From: Opitutales bacterium
Lineage (GTDB): Bacteria; Verrucomicrobiota; Verrucomicrobiia; Opitutales; UBA953
Direction: 5' to 3'
Length of the DNA stretch: 64,000 nt
Assembly: GCA_040398005.1 (NCBI GenBank)
Contig: JBBAUX010000009.1
Coordinates: 13,415 to 77,414 of the forward strand
Below are positions 53,075-61,465 of the stretch, one piece after another; the stretch's first letter is position 1, and every line of letters starts with the position of its first letter. The position numbers were made by a program, and so were the translations under genes. The notes under the pieces were generated by a model. That model searched no databases. It had not been told where the DNA came from and worked only from the letters and a program-made list of their open reading frames with translations.

Positions 53075-54295
53075 ATGGCACTGATTGTTCAAAAATACGG
53101 CGGCACTTCCGTCGGCAATGTGGATCGCATCCAAAACGTCGCCGCCAAAATTAAAGAACAATGGTCCAAAGGTCATAAACTAGTCGTCGTCGTTTCCGCA
53201 CGCAGTGGTGTCACGAATGAATTAATCGGACGTGCCAAAGCACTGATGCCCTTACCCGACGAACGTGAGATGGACGTCTTAATGACCGTCGGTGAACAAG
53301 AAACGATCGCCCTCACGGTCATCGCCCTTCACGCCATCGGCGTCCCCGCAGTTTCTCGCACCGGCGCCCAAGCCGGAATTATTACCGACGCCATTCATAC
53401 GCGCGCCCGTATTATCAAAATCACCGGCGGAGATATCGCCGAACGCCTCGAAGAAGGTAAAGTCGTCATCGTCGCCGGCTTCCAAGGCGTCACCCCCGAT
53501 GGCCAAGTCACCACCCTCGGTCGCGGCGGTTCAGATCTCACCGCGATTGCCGTAGCCGCATCCATTAAAGCCGACATCTGCCAAATTTATACCGACGTCG
53601 ACGGCGTCTACACCGCCGACCCTCGCCTTGTTTTATCAGCGAAAAAAATGCACGAGATTTCCTACGAGGAAATGCTTGAACTAGCCTCCAGCGGTTCCAA
53701 AGTCATGCAATCTCGCTCCGTCGAATTCGCTCAAAAATATAATGTTCCCTTTGAAGTTCGTTCTTCATTTAATGACCAACCCGGCACTCTCGTGAAAGCT
53801 ATCGACAAAACCCTTGAAGACGCAGCCATCGCAGGCGTCGCCCTCGACCGACTCCAAACGCGCGTCACGGTGAATGACCTGCCCGATAACCCTCAGGCCA
53901 TCGCCACACTATTCGACGACCTGGGTCAATCGGGCCTCAGCGTCGATATGATCATCAAAAATCTCGGCAAAGATGGTAAGTCCAATCTCACTTTCTCCGT
54001 CAGCACCGATCAATTCGTCCGCGTCGAAAAAGTCGTCAGCCAAACACTCAAAAAACTCGGCTCCGGCACCGTGCGCTCCGCCGGCGAAATTTCTAAACTT
54101 TCCATCGTCGGCGTCGGCATGATCTCCCACCCCGGCGTCGCAGGTACACTTTTCAAAGCCCTCGCCTCCGTCGGCGTAAATAGCGAACTGATCACGACCT
54201 CCGAAATTAAGATTTCCGTCGCCCTCGATCCCGCGAAAGCCGACGCCGCCATCCGCGCCGTTCACACAGCTTTTGGCTTAGATAAGAAGGCGTAA
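53075..54295 (+). CDS. lysC: Aspartate kinase
   Basis: [37 protein letters not shown]. Confidence 0.96.
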   Translation: MALIVQKYGGTSVGNVDRIQNVAAKIKEQWSKGHKLVVVVSARSGVTNELIGRAKALMPLPDEREMDVLMTVGEQETIALTVIALHAIGVPAVSRTGAQAGIITDAIHTRARIIKITGGDIAERLEEGKVVIVAGFQGVTPDGQVTTLGRGGSDLTAIAVAASIKADICQIYTDVDGVYTADPRLVLSAKKMHEISYEEMLELASSGSKVMQSRSVEFAQKYNVPFEVRSSFNDQPGTLVKAIDKTLEDAAIAGVALDRLQTRVTVNDLPDNPQAIATLFDDLGQSGLSVDMIIKNLGKDGKSNLTFSVSTDQFVRVEKVVSQTLKKLGSGTVRSAGEISKLSIVGVGMISHPGVAGTLFKALASVGVNSELITTSEIKISVALDPAKADAAIRAVHTAFGLDKKA

Positions 54296-54313
54296 GTCGC
54301 GCTCACTCGCCTC

Positions 54314-54342
54314 TTGCCCGCAGCACTCTCCTTCGCCACACT
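54314..54342 (+). promoter_or_regulatory. Putative promoter of the TPR-exbB-exbD operon
   Basis: TTGCCC-N17-CACACT; ATG at 54351. Confidence 0.45.
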
Positions 54343-54350
54343 ACGCGGGC

Positions 54351-57095
54351 ATGTTACGCCATACCCTAGTCACCGCTATTCGACTGTTCAGTCTGTCGTT
54401 CAGCGTCCTAGTCGCCCAAGACATTCCCGTCCCAGTTTTATCATCCGTCGATGATAAATCCCTCCCCTCCGCCCGCGATCGTAGCCTACTGCAATTAGCC
54501 CAACAAGCCCAAGAGGCCGGTCTTTCCTCCAGCGCCATTCAACTCTTCAACGAAGTAGTCCTTAGCAAAAATGCGTCCGACCAAGATAAGAACGTAGCTC
54601 AACTGGGCCTCGCAACTTGCCTCATCGAACGAAATAAAAGCGCCGAAGCCAAAGCCGCTCTTAAAAATATTCCCGATTCTCCCAGTAAAAATCTACTCAC
54701 CGGATTAGTGGCTTTTTTAGATAACGATTTAATCACCGCCGCAGAAATTGCTGATAAATTAATTCTTACTTCACTCTCCCCCGCGGAAGTGCCCTGGCTC
54801 CACACCCTCAAAGCCCTCCTCGCGAATGCTAAGTTCGATAACGATAATTTTAATAAGAATCTGAATCTCGCCATCCAAAGCGCCCTCTCCGAAGAACAAC
54901 GTCAGCGCATTCAAGCCCTCTGCTACCGCGCCTCCGTTATCAGCGGAAAAATCAACGACAGCGTCATCAACGCCCTCCGTGATCTGGTTAAGAATAATAA
55001 GAGTTCTGAATTTAATTTTACCCACCAACGCAACCTCGCCCTCGCTCTCGCCCGCCAAGATAAAAAGAACGAAGCCCTCGCCATCTTAAAGAGCTTAGAA
55101 AACTTAACCGACGCCCAAGAAGCCGAAGCGGATTTACTGCGTGGCCTAATTTCCGGAGCCGACAGCGCCGAGGGTCGCAAATTCCTCAAGTCAGCCGCCC
55201 AAAATCGTTCCAGCGACCGCCTCCGCACCACCGCCATCCAATCACTCGTCGCCGCCGCTTCCGAAGCCAAACCGGGTGATATTAATTCCATCGCCAACGA
55301 GGTTTATGATTTCCTCACCAAACAACGCGAGGGACAACTCAGCTTCGAATGCCCACGCGATCCTTCCGTGCTCGATACGATTCACCTAGCCCGCGCTCAG
55401 TTAATGTACCTAGCCGGTAATAATGAAAAGGCCCGACAAGCCGCCACCGAATTACTTAAAGAAGTTCCCGCCAGCCCACTCGCCCGCGAAGCGACTCGCC
55501 TCCTCGCCATCATCGCCTGGAGCGATGGGTCCTACCGCCTCGCTTCTTCTTACATCGATAGCTTAGTCGAAGGCAAAGAAGGCATTCCGCGCGATGTCCT
55601 CCGCATGGTCTCAGCCGACTGTCTCTACTTAGCCCAAGATTATGTTCTAGCCGAAAAAGCCTACGCCACGATTCAGAATGAAACCCAAGGCACTGATATT
55701 GCCTACACGGCCTTTCATCAACGTGTCCTTTCTCTCCTTTCTTCGAGCGATGATTTTAAGGTCTGGACGCAAACGACCGAAATCATCGAACAGGCTTTTC
55801 AAAAGAAAAAAATCGAGCCCACTAAAATATGGGTAGCTACCTGGTGCTTACTCGAAGATATCCGTAAAGCGAATCAGCCCGACGTCGCCCTGCAAATTTT
55901 TGAGAGATTAAATCCAGTCATCAATAAAACTTCTACGGACTTTGAGTTGAGATTTAAATGGCAACGCGCCCTCATCACCCTCGCTAATCGCGATAATGTA
56001 AAAGCAGCAAAACTCGCCGATGAAATTGCCGCCAGCCTCGAACGCCTACCAGCCGACGCACCAGCCGATCTCAAAAATAACGCCCCGGTCCTCCGTGGAC
56101 ATATTGCCCTCCTCAAAGCCCGCACCGCCCTCGGTAGTAGTTCCACGGTCGGCTTAGTTGAATTAGAAAACCTACGCAAAAAATACGGAAAAGTTCCCGC
56201 CGCCGCCGCGTCATTCTTAGTGGAAGGTAGATATTTATCGTCGTTAGGTCGACACGCCGAAGCCCAAGCTCGCTTCCTCGAACTGGTAAAAACTTTTGAA
56301 AGCCAAGACGTCACTCTCAATGAAATGGTCGAACTGGGTCTCTACGAAGCCGCCGAAGAAGCGAATCAACAAGCCATTGAGCTAGGTGAAAACAAAATCA
56401 AAGAAGCCATCGAACTTTTTGAAAAGTTAAACGAAAAATATCCACAGAGCCCTCTCCTCTTCCGCGTCGCCCTTCGTCGCGCTGAATTATTACGCACGCT
56501 CGGAGATTTCGACCGCGCCCTCCTAGTTTTAAATTCCATCATCCGCACCAAACCCGATCACCCGAATCGCAATCAAGCCGAGATGGCCAAAGCAGATTGT
56601 CTTTTCGGACTCGCCGAACTGCGTCGCGATCGCAGCGGACAATTAGACCGACAAAAAGTAGCCCTCGCCGCCGCCGCTTACGAAAATGTGGCCTCCTCCT
56701 GGGCCCAAGACCCCGACGTCCTCGTCGAAGCTCAATATAAATTAGCGACCACGTTGCTCGAACGTTCCAAAGCCGAAAATGCGACCGACGCTCAATCGAC
56801 CCGTAACGAAGCCCGCACTTTATTAATTAAAATTATTGTCAATGTTCGCTCACCCAAAGCTGCCGCCATGAATAACTACGGCATCAACGGTCGCACCTGG
56901 ATCGCCCGCGCTATTCTCTCCCTCGGCAATTCCTACGAAGAATCTAAGGATTTGAGCGAGGCCGTCGCGGTTTACAGACTGATACCCGATTTAAATCGTA
57001 ACCTCCCCGCCGGCGAAGCGCGCCTGCCCGGTCAGGCCGCCGCTGAAAGCAAACTTGCGACTCTCGGTATCATCCCTAATAAATCTACTCAATGA
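54351..57095 (+). CDS. Large exported TPR-repeat protein
   Basis: Signal peptide LVA|Q; all-helical TPR-like repeats (e.g. FEKLNEKYPQSP, RAELLRTLGDFDRA). Confidence 0.8.
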   Translation: MLRHTLVTAIRLFSLSFSVLVAQDIPVPVLSSVDDKSLPSARDRSLLQLAQQAQEAGLSSSAIQLFNEVVLSKNASDQDKNVAQLGLATCLIERNKSAEAKAALKNIPDSPSKNLLTGLVAFLDNDLITAAEIADKLILTSLSPAEVPWLHTLKALLANAKFDNDNFNKNLNLAIQSALSEEQRQRIQALCYRASVISGKINDSVINALRDLVKNNKSSEFNFTHQRNLALALARQDKKNEALAILKSLENLTDAQEAEADLLRGLISGADSAEGRKFLKSAAQNRSSDRLRTTAIQSLVAAASEAKPGDINSIANEVYDFLTKQREGQLSFECPRDPSVLDTIHLARAQLMYLAGNNEKARQAATELLKEVPASPLAREATRLLAIIAWSDGSYRLASSYIDSLVEGKEGIPRDVLRMVSADCLYLAQDYVLAEKAYATIQNETQGTDIAYTAFHQRVLSLLSSSDDFKVWTQTTEIIEQAFQKKKIEPTKIWVATWCLLEDIRKANQPDVALQIFERLNPVINKTSTDFELRFKWQRALITLANRDNVKAAKLADEIAASLERLPADAPADLKNNAPVLRGHIALLKARTALGSSSTVGLVELENLRKKYGKVPAAAASFLVEGRYLSSLGRHAEAQARFLELVKTFESQDVTLNEMVELGLYEAAEEANQQAIELGENKIKEAIELFEKLNEKYPQSPLLFRVALRRAELLRTLGDFDRALLVLNSIIRTKPDHPNRNQAEMAKADCLFGLAELRRDRSGQLDRQKVALAAAAYENVASSWAQDPDVLVEAQYKLATTLLERSKAENATDAQSTRNEARTLLIKIIVNVRSPKAAAMNNYGINGRTWIARAILSLGNSYEESKDLSEAVAVYRLIPDLNRNLPAGEARLPGQAAAESKLATLGIIPNKSTQ

Positions 57096-57733
57096 ACCCC
57101 CCTTTCACTTTTCCAGCCGATGCCGGACCGTTCGTGTGGGTATTACTCGCCTTAGCTTTCATCGCCGTGGTCTTCGCCGTCGAACGCACAATGTTCCTCC
57201 ATCGTGGTTTAATTCTTTCGTCCGACTTTATTGAAGGCGTGAAAAATAATTTGAAGGCCAGCCGTCCCATCGAAGCCCTCACCGCTTGTGAAGAATCACC
57301 CGGACCCATCCCTCGCGTCGTCAAAGCCGCCCTCCTTCGCTCCAATCAATCCGAAGCTTCCATGCGCGCCGCCGCCATCGAAGCCGCTCTACTCGAATTA
57401 CCCGTGCTCGAACGTCGCCTGGGCACCATCGCCACCATCGGAAAAATCGCCCCACTCATCGGCCTCGCCGCCGCATTATTTTCGGGCTTCCACTTAGCCA
57501 GCGCCCTCCGCGATGGTAGCATCTACGCCTCCGCACAAAATATTTTCCCCGATATCCTTTCCGCTTTTGCTAACGCGGGTTTCTCTCTCGTAATCGCCAT
57601 CGGTTGCTCTCTCTCCCACCACTTCCTCGTCGGTCGCGTCCGCTCCATCGTCCTTGAAATGGAAATCGCCGCCCACTCACTCATTACTTTCGTCCACCAC
57701 GAATTACCCGCTGAAAAAAATTCTGGTAAATAA
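57092..57733 (+). CDS. MotA/TolQ/ExbB family protein (degenerate motifs)
   Basis: TM1 ..VER, ELPVLERRLGTIATIGKIAPLIGL, three TM helices. Confidence 0.85.
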   Translation: MNPPFTFPADAGPFVWVLLALAFIAVVFAVERTMFLHRGLILSSDFIEGVKNNLKASRPIEALTACEESPGPIPRVVKAALLRSNQSEASMRAAAIEAALLELPVLERRLGTIATIGKIAPLIGLAAALFSGFHLASALRDGSIYASAQNIFPDILSAFANAGFSLVIAIGCSLSHHFLVGRVRSIVLEMEIAAHSLITFVHHELPAEKNSGK

Positions 57734-57735
57734 TA

Positions 57736-58200
57736 ATGCAAACCCCTTTAGGCATTTTAGAGAAGGTTCGTCCCGTGGATCGTAGTATCGATCCAGTACC
57801 TTTTATTTTATTCCTGGTTTGTGCAGCCCTCCTCGCGATTCTCACCGCAAACTTCGTCTACGCTCCCGGCATGTACATTGGTTTCAATAACGTACCCGCC
57901 GCTAATACCAAAAATATTAACGTCCCTAAAAGTTCGACCGGTGATATGGCGCAGACGGCTACCACCGTTACTCTGCTCTCCGCACGCGGCACGGGCGTCT
58001 TCGTCGTCGCAGGTCGCGTGGTCGATAATGCCGGACTCCGCACCGAGCTCCATCGCATCGCCCAAATTAAAGGCAGCACCCTCCGCCCCGTCCTCGTAAA
58101 GGCCGACGCCGCCCTCACCCTCCAAAATTTTATTACCGTGTGTGATTTGGTCCGTGCCGAAGGCTTTCCAGGGGTTTTAATCGCAGCCGAAGAGCGTTGA
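57736..58200 (+). CDS. ExbD/TolR family protein (degenerate)
   Basis: Single N-terminal TM; C-terminal VLVKADA...VCDLVRAEGF fold signature; follows exbB. Confidence 0.75.
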   Translation: MQTPLGILEKVRPVDRSIDPVPFILFLVCAALLAILTANFVYAPGMYIGFNNVPAANTKNINVPKSSTGDMAQTATTVTLLSARGTGVFVVAGRVVDNAGLRTELHRIAQIKGSTLRPVLVKADAALTLQNFITVCDLVRAEGFPGVLIAAEER

Positions 58201-58246
58201 TTCACGATTGCCACGGCGCCAATTAAACTGACATTCTGCCCCTTAA

Positions 58247-59002
58247 GTGTCCGACGCCCCATCCACTCCTAACCCCAACCTGCCCCGCCATATCGGAATT
58301 ATTATGGACGGTAATGGTCGCTGGGCCGCGTCGCGCAATCTCCCGCGACTCGAAGGACACCGCCGCGGCGCCGAACGGATTTTTGATGTGGTCGATGAAT
58401 GCATCACCCTCGGCATCCCCACCCTCACGATTTTTGCTTTCTCCGTCGAAAATTGGAAACGCCCCGCCGAAGAGGTCAGCGGATTATTTAAATTAGGTGA
58501 ATTCGTTCTCCGCGCCAATCTCGACCGTCTCCTCAAACGAAAAGTAAAATTAAAAATCATCGGTAACCTTGAAGAGATGCCCGACTTCGTCAAAGAACCG
58601 CTGAAGGACGCTTTAATTAAAAGCAAAGATAACGATGTCCTGACTTTAGTCGTCGCCCTAAATTACGGAGCTCGCCAAGAAGTCGCTTTAGCCACCCGCA
58701 AAATCGCCGAAGAGGTCGCCGCCGGAAAATTAAAACTCGATCAAATTAATTGGAGCGAACTGGAAAAGCATTTAGAAACGGCCGGACTCCCCGACCCCGA
58801 TCTAATCATCCGCACCTCCGGCGAAGCACGCCTTAGCAACTTCCTTCTCCTGCAAGCCGCCTACGCCGAAATTGTAATCACCGAAACTTATTGGCCCGAC
58901 TTCACCAAGGAAGAATTTCAAAAATGCCTCGCTGTGTACGCCAAACGCGAACGTCGTTTCGGCATGACCGGCGCCCAAGTCCAACCTGCGAAAACCCCAT
59001 GA
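58247..59002 (+). CDS. uppS: Undecaprenyl diphosphate synthase
   Basis: HIGIIMDGNGRWA, FSVENWKRP, NYG, DPDLIIRTSGE.RLSNFLL, RERRFG. Confidence 0.97.
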   Translation: MSDAPSTPNPNLPRHIGIIMDGNGRWAASRNLPRLEGHRRGAERIFDVVDECITLGIPTLTIFAFSVENWKRPAEEVSGLFKLGEFVLRANLDRLLKRKVKLKIIGNLEEMPDFVKEPLKDALIKSKDNDVLTLVVALNYGARQEVALATRKIAEEVAAGKLKLDQINWSELEKHLETAGLPDPDLIIRTSGEARLSNFLLLQAAYAEIVITETYWPDFTKEEFQKCLAVYAKRERRFGMTGAQVQPAKTP

Positions 59003-59874
59003 AAGACCGCGCCCTAAGCACCGTCACGCTCTGGCTCGCCGTCGGTGCCTTCATCTGGATCGGTAGCCTTTTTTCCGCCTCCGAGATTTTTGCCTTCTGT
59101 ATCCTCGCTGCCCTCACCGCCGTCGCTCAATGGGAATTTTATAAATTGTCCGAGTCCTGCAATGAACAGCCCAACAAAACTCAAGGCATTCTCATCGGCC
59201 TGATTTACCTGTTTTTCGTCTTCTTCTTTTCACCCGAAAATTATCGTCACTCGATTTTCCCCATCGCCTTAGCATCCGCTGTTGGAATTCATCTTCTCAG
59301 TCTTTTAAGAAATCCTTCCGAGCGTCCACTTTTACTCCGTAAACTTCCCACCTTCTACGGATTCATCTACATTCCCTTAATGCTATCATTCTTAGCATTC
59401 ATCGCGAAATTAAATGTCGGCACCGGGCTGAGCGAAAAACCCATCGGCCTGGCCTGCGTGATCTGGTTGGTCGTTGCCACAAAATTTACCGACGTGGGTG
59501 GACTGCTCATCGGTACCCTGTTTGGAAAACATAAAATCGCTCCTTCCATCAGCCCCGCAAAATCTTGGGAGGGTTGTCTCGGTGGACTTATTTTCTCCGC
59601 CGCCGCCGCTGCCCTCTTCGCCTGGACCGTGAATGCCTTTTGGTTCCCCTTCATGACTCCGCTGAAATCGGCAATCCTAGCTCTCCCGATTGCCATCGTG
59701 AGTATTCCGTCCGACCTGGTTGAGTCCGTCTTCAAAAGACAATCCACTTCCAAAGACTCGGGTCACACAATCCCAGGCATCGGCGGCGCCCTCGATTTGA
59801 TCGATAGTTTAATTCTCACTGCACCCTTAGGTTTTGTGATTTTATCCTATGCTTACTCGTGGGCCCGTGGATAA
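58999..59874 (+). CDS. cdsA: Phosphatidate cytidylyltransferase
   Basis: TDVGG, GKHK..PSISPAKSWEG, DLVESVFKR..KDSG..IPG.GG.LD.IDS; ATGA overlap with uppS. Confidence 0.93.
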   Translation: MKDRALSTVTLWLAVGAFIWIGSLFSASEIFAFCILAALTAVAQWEFYKLSESCNEQPNKTQGILIGLIYLFFVFFFSPENYRHSIFPIALASAVGIHLLSLLRNPSERPLLLRKLPTFYGFIYIPLMLSFLAFIAKLNVGTGLSEKPIGLACVIWLVVATKFTDVGGLLIGTLFGKHKIAPSISPAKSWEGCLGGLIFSAAAAALFAWTVNAFWFPFMTPLKSAILALPIAIVSIPSDLVESVFKRQSTSKDSGHTIPGIGGALDLIDSLILTAPLGFVILSYAYSWARG

Positions 59875-60763
59875 ATCACTCCCAAGTCTGCACATCATCA
59901 CCGGGCCCACCGCCGCGGGAAAAACCGATGCCTCACTGATCTGGGCCTCGAAAAATAACGCCGAGATTTTATCCTGCGACTCAGTATGCGTCTACCGTGG
60001 TATGGATATCGGTTCCGCTAAACCCACACCCTTACAACAGGCCCAGTGCAAACATTACGGACTCGATTTAGTCGATCCCACCGAACGTTATTCCGTCGTT
60101 CGCTATATCAACTACGCCAAAGCGTGCATCAAAGACGCTCACGCCCGCGGTAAAAATATTTTAGTCACCGGCGGTAGCGGATTCTACCTCGCCGCTTTCT
60201 TCGGGCCAGTCACCGACGAAATTCCCGTCAGCGATGCCGTGATTAATGAAGTGCGACAGCTTCAACAAAAAGGAACCGACGCCATGCTCCAACGTCTCCG
60301 TGAAGTCGAAGGCAACGTCTTACCTGGTTGGCTCGATACCAAAAATCCCATCCGCATCGCCAAAGCACTCGAGCGCCGCCTCTCCTCCGATCGTTCTCTC
60401 GACGACCTCCGTGAAGACTTCCTCCAAAAAGAAAGTCCCTTCGCCCAATACAAAGTCACCTACGATCTAATCGAACGCGAAGACGCCGAATTAAAAAATC
60501 GTATTATTCAGCGCACCGACCTCATGCTGAAAACGGGTCTCATCGAAGAATCCGAGAAACTCCTAAAGCTAAATTTAAATCCCGAACTCCCCTCCGCCCG
60601 TGCCGTCGGCTACCGCGCGACGATGGATTGGATTCAGTCGGGCCGCCAAGTCGCCCTAGACGGCCTCCAGGAACGAATTAACCTCGATACCTGGGCCTTG
60701 GTCAGAAAACAGCGTAAATGGTTCAATCGGCTGAGCCTGAATACCGATAGCAGAAGTGCATAA
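59867..60763 (+). CDS. miaA: tRNA dimethylallyltransferase
   Basis: GPTAAGKT, DSVCVYRGMDIGSAKP, GGSGFY, AVGY, KQRKWF. Start (GTG59867 or ATG59849) is uncertain. Confidence 0.93.
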   Translation: MDKSLPSLHIITGPTAAGKTDASLIWASKNNAEILSCDSVCVYRGMDIGSAKPTPLQQAQCKHYGLDLVDPTERYSVVRYINYAKACIKDAHARGKNILVTGGSGFYLAAFFGPVTDEIPVSDAVINEVRQLQQKGTDAMLQRLREVEGNVLPGWLDTKNPIRIAKALERRLSSDRSLDDLREDFLQKESPFAQYKVTYDLIEREDAELKNRIIQRTDLMLKTGLIEESEKLLKLNLNPELPSARAVGYRATMDWIQSGRQVALDGLQERINLDTWALVRKQRKWFNRLSLNTDSRSA

Positions 60764-60897
60764 AAAGCAGGGTTTTTGAAGTTTCGCAGTCCGCTAGGTT
60801 AAAATAAGTAGGAAAAACCCCCTAATTTCTGCCTCCATCCTTGCCCTCTATTTAATTTCAGTATAATCAATAGACCTTAACCCAACCCAATACTCCT

Positions 60898-61383
60898 ATG
60901 CCACTCAAAGTCGGCCTCCCCCTCCCAGAAATTACCCTCAAACAAAAGACCGATGCTGGACTTCAAGATGTCAGCCTCCGTCGTAATGTTGGAAAAGGTA
61001 AGACCGTCATCCTCTTCGTCCCTCTCGCTTTCACCGAAACTTGCACCGACGAACTTTGCAAAGTCACCGGCCTTCTCGATGAATATAAGAAACTCGGCGC
61101 CGACGTCATCGCGATCTCCGTAGACAGTCCCTTCGCTCAAGCAGCCTGGGCTAAACACTCAAATATCGGAGTTACCCTCGTTTCTGACTTCAACCGCGTC
61201 GCCCTCAAAGCTTTCAAGGTCAAGGACACTAAAGTGATTCCTGAAAAGACCGGCCTCTTAAACGTCGCTAAACGCTCTGTTTTCGTCGCCGACAAAAACG
61301 GTCTCGTGATTCACTCCGAAGTGAAACGCGATCCTGCGACCATGCCCAACTTCGCTAAAATTAAAAAAGCGGTCGAAGCTTAA
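60898..61383 (+). CDS. Peroxiredoxin (AhpC/TSA family)
   Basis: PLAFTETCTDELC (PxxxTxxC), AISVDSPF, SDFNR, AKRSVFV. Confidence 0.88.
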   Translation: MPLKVGLPLPEITLKQKTDAGLQDVSLRRNVGKGKTVILFVPLAFTETCTDELCKVTGLLDEYKKLGADVIAISVDSPFAQAAWAKHSNIGVTLVSDFNRVALKAFKVKDTKVIPEKTGLLNVAKRSVFVADKNGLVIHSEVKRDPATMPNFAKIKKAVEA

Positions 61384-61404
61384 TTTTAAAAACTCTTCGA
61401 CTTT

Positions 61405-61445
61405 GAAGGCGGTCGGGCTTGCCCCGGCCGCCTTCTTTGCTTTTT
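61405..61445 (+). terminator. Intrinsic terminator after the peroxiredoxin gene
   Basis: GAAGGCGGTCGGG-CTTGC-CCCGGCCGCCTTC followed by TTTGCTTTTT. Confidence 0.8.
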
Positions 61446-61465
61446 GCTATCTGCTGTAATTCATC

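Noticed and set aside
46927..58125. Many 60-160 aa minus-strand ORFs opposite the + genes
   Set aside because: They are expected antisense open frames from biased codon usage and show no recognisable motifs.
58891..58998. N-terminal extension of cdsA in the ORF track
   Set aside because: It lies inside uppS; the ATGA-coupled start at 58999 fits better.
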